A stretch of DNA of 24,150 nucleotides from a virus. Lineage: Duplodnaviria; Caudoviricetes. The position numbers and the translations under genes are program-made. The notes below the pieces were generated by a model. The model saw only the letters and a list, made by a program, of their open reading frames with translations, was not told where the DNA came from and searched no databases. The DNA lies in IMG/VR virus record IMGVR_UViG_3300033412_000062, positions 1 through 24,150 of that record. The stretch is one strand, 5' to 3'. This document shows, in pieces, positions 24,068-24,150 of this stretch; the first letter of the stretch is position 1; every line of letters begins with the position of its first letter.

Positions 24068-24150
24068 CAAGCCGTCAGGAAGGCCATACGACCAGATCGA
24101 GGCGTCGGCATTGAAAACGGCGGTCCTCGAATATCTCAGCGAATGCGACA
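24060..24150 (+). CDS. Hypothetical protein, partial
   Basis: RBS GGAGA; MGSKPSGRPYDQIEASALKTAVLEYLSECD runs off the window. Confidence 0.5.
   Translation, partial: MGSKPSGRPYDQIEASALKTAVLEYLSECD

Larger units (their letters stand above)
1..24150. mobile_element. Phage or prophage early (regulation, replication, recombination) region
   Basis: cro-like, rusA, dnaB, bet and MTase genes, many short coupled ORFs, and divergent arms. Confidence 0.92.

Noticed and set aside
1-24150. CRISPR array, integrase/att site, reverse transcriptase (retron or DGR), IS element
   Set aside because: No regularly spaced repeats and no RT, transposase or recombinase motifs seen by eye.

Overview
GC-rich tailed-phage or prophage early region with no capsid, tail, integrase or lysis genes. 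GcrA-like and GapR-like genes suggest an alphaproteobacterial host. Two tightly packed, divergent arms meet at about 14830-14928. The minus arm carries a Cro-like HTH, a GcrA C-terminal domain, a GapR-like protein, RusA, an N6-adenine MTase, a ~700 bp non-coding structured region, MazG-like, DnaB, PcfJ-like, DnaT-like and a C5-cytosine MTase with an overprinted ORF. After a second promoter come many small genes, including a HAD phosphatase, a TerS-like gene, a PAPS-reductase-like gene and an AAA ATPase. The plus arm carries small early genes, a stand-alone CapW/BrxR-like wHTH, a DUF968-like nuclease, Bet recombinase, DUF1367 and a DEDDh exonuclease. Top unexplained signals: (1) a convergent short antisense RNA and ~500-nt structured RNA with ColE1 RNAI/RNAII-like geometry, placed where a replication initiator gene normally sits; (2) a 72-nt tRNA-like cloverleaf without a normal anticodon or T-loop; (3) an EcoHK31I-beta-like ORF nested in the C5 MTase; (4) a duplicated promoter and leader element in inverted orientation. 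All family calls come from recognising motifs by eye; no database search was run.
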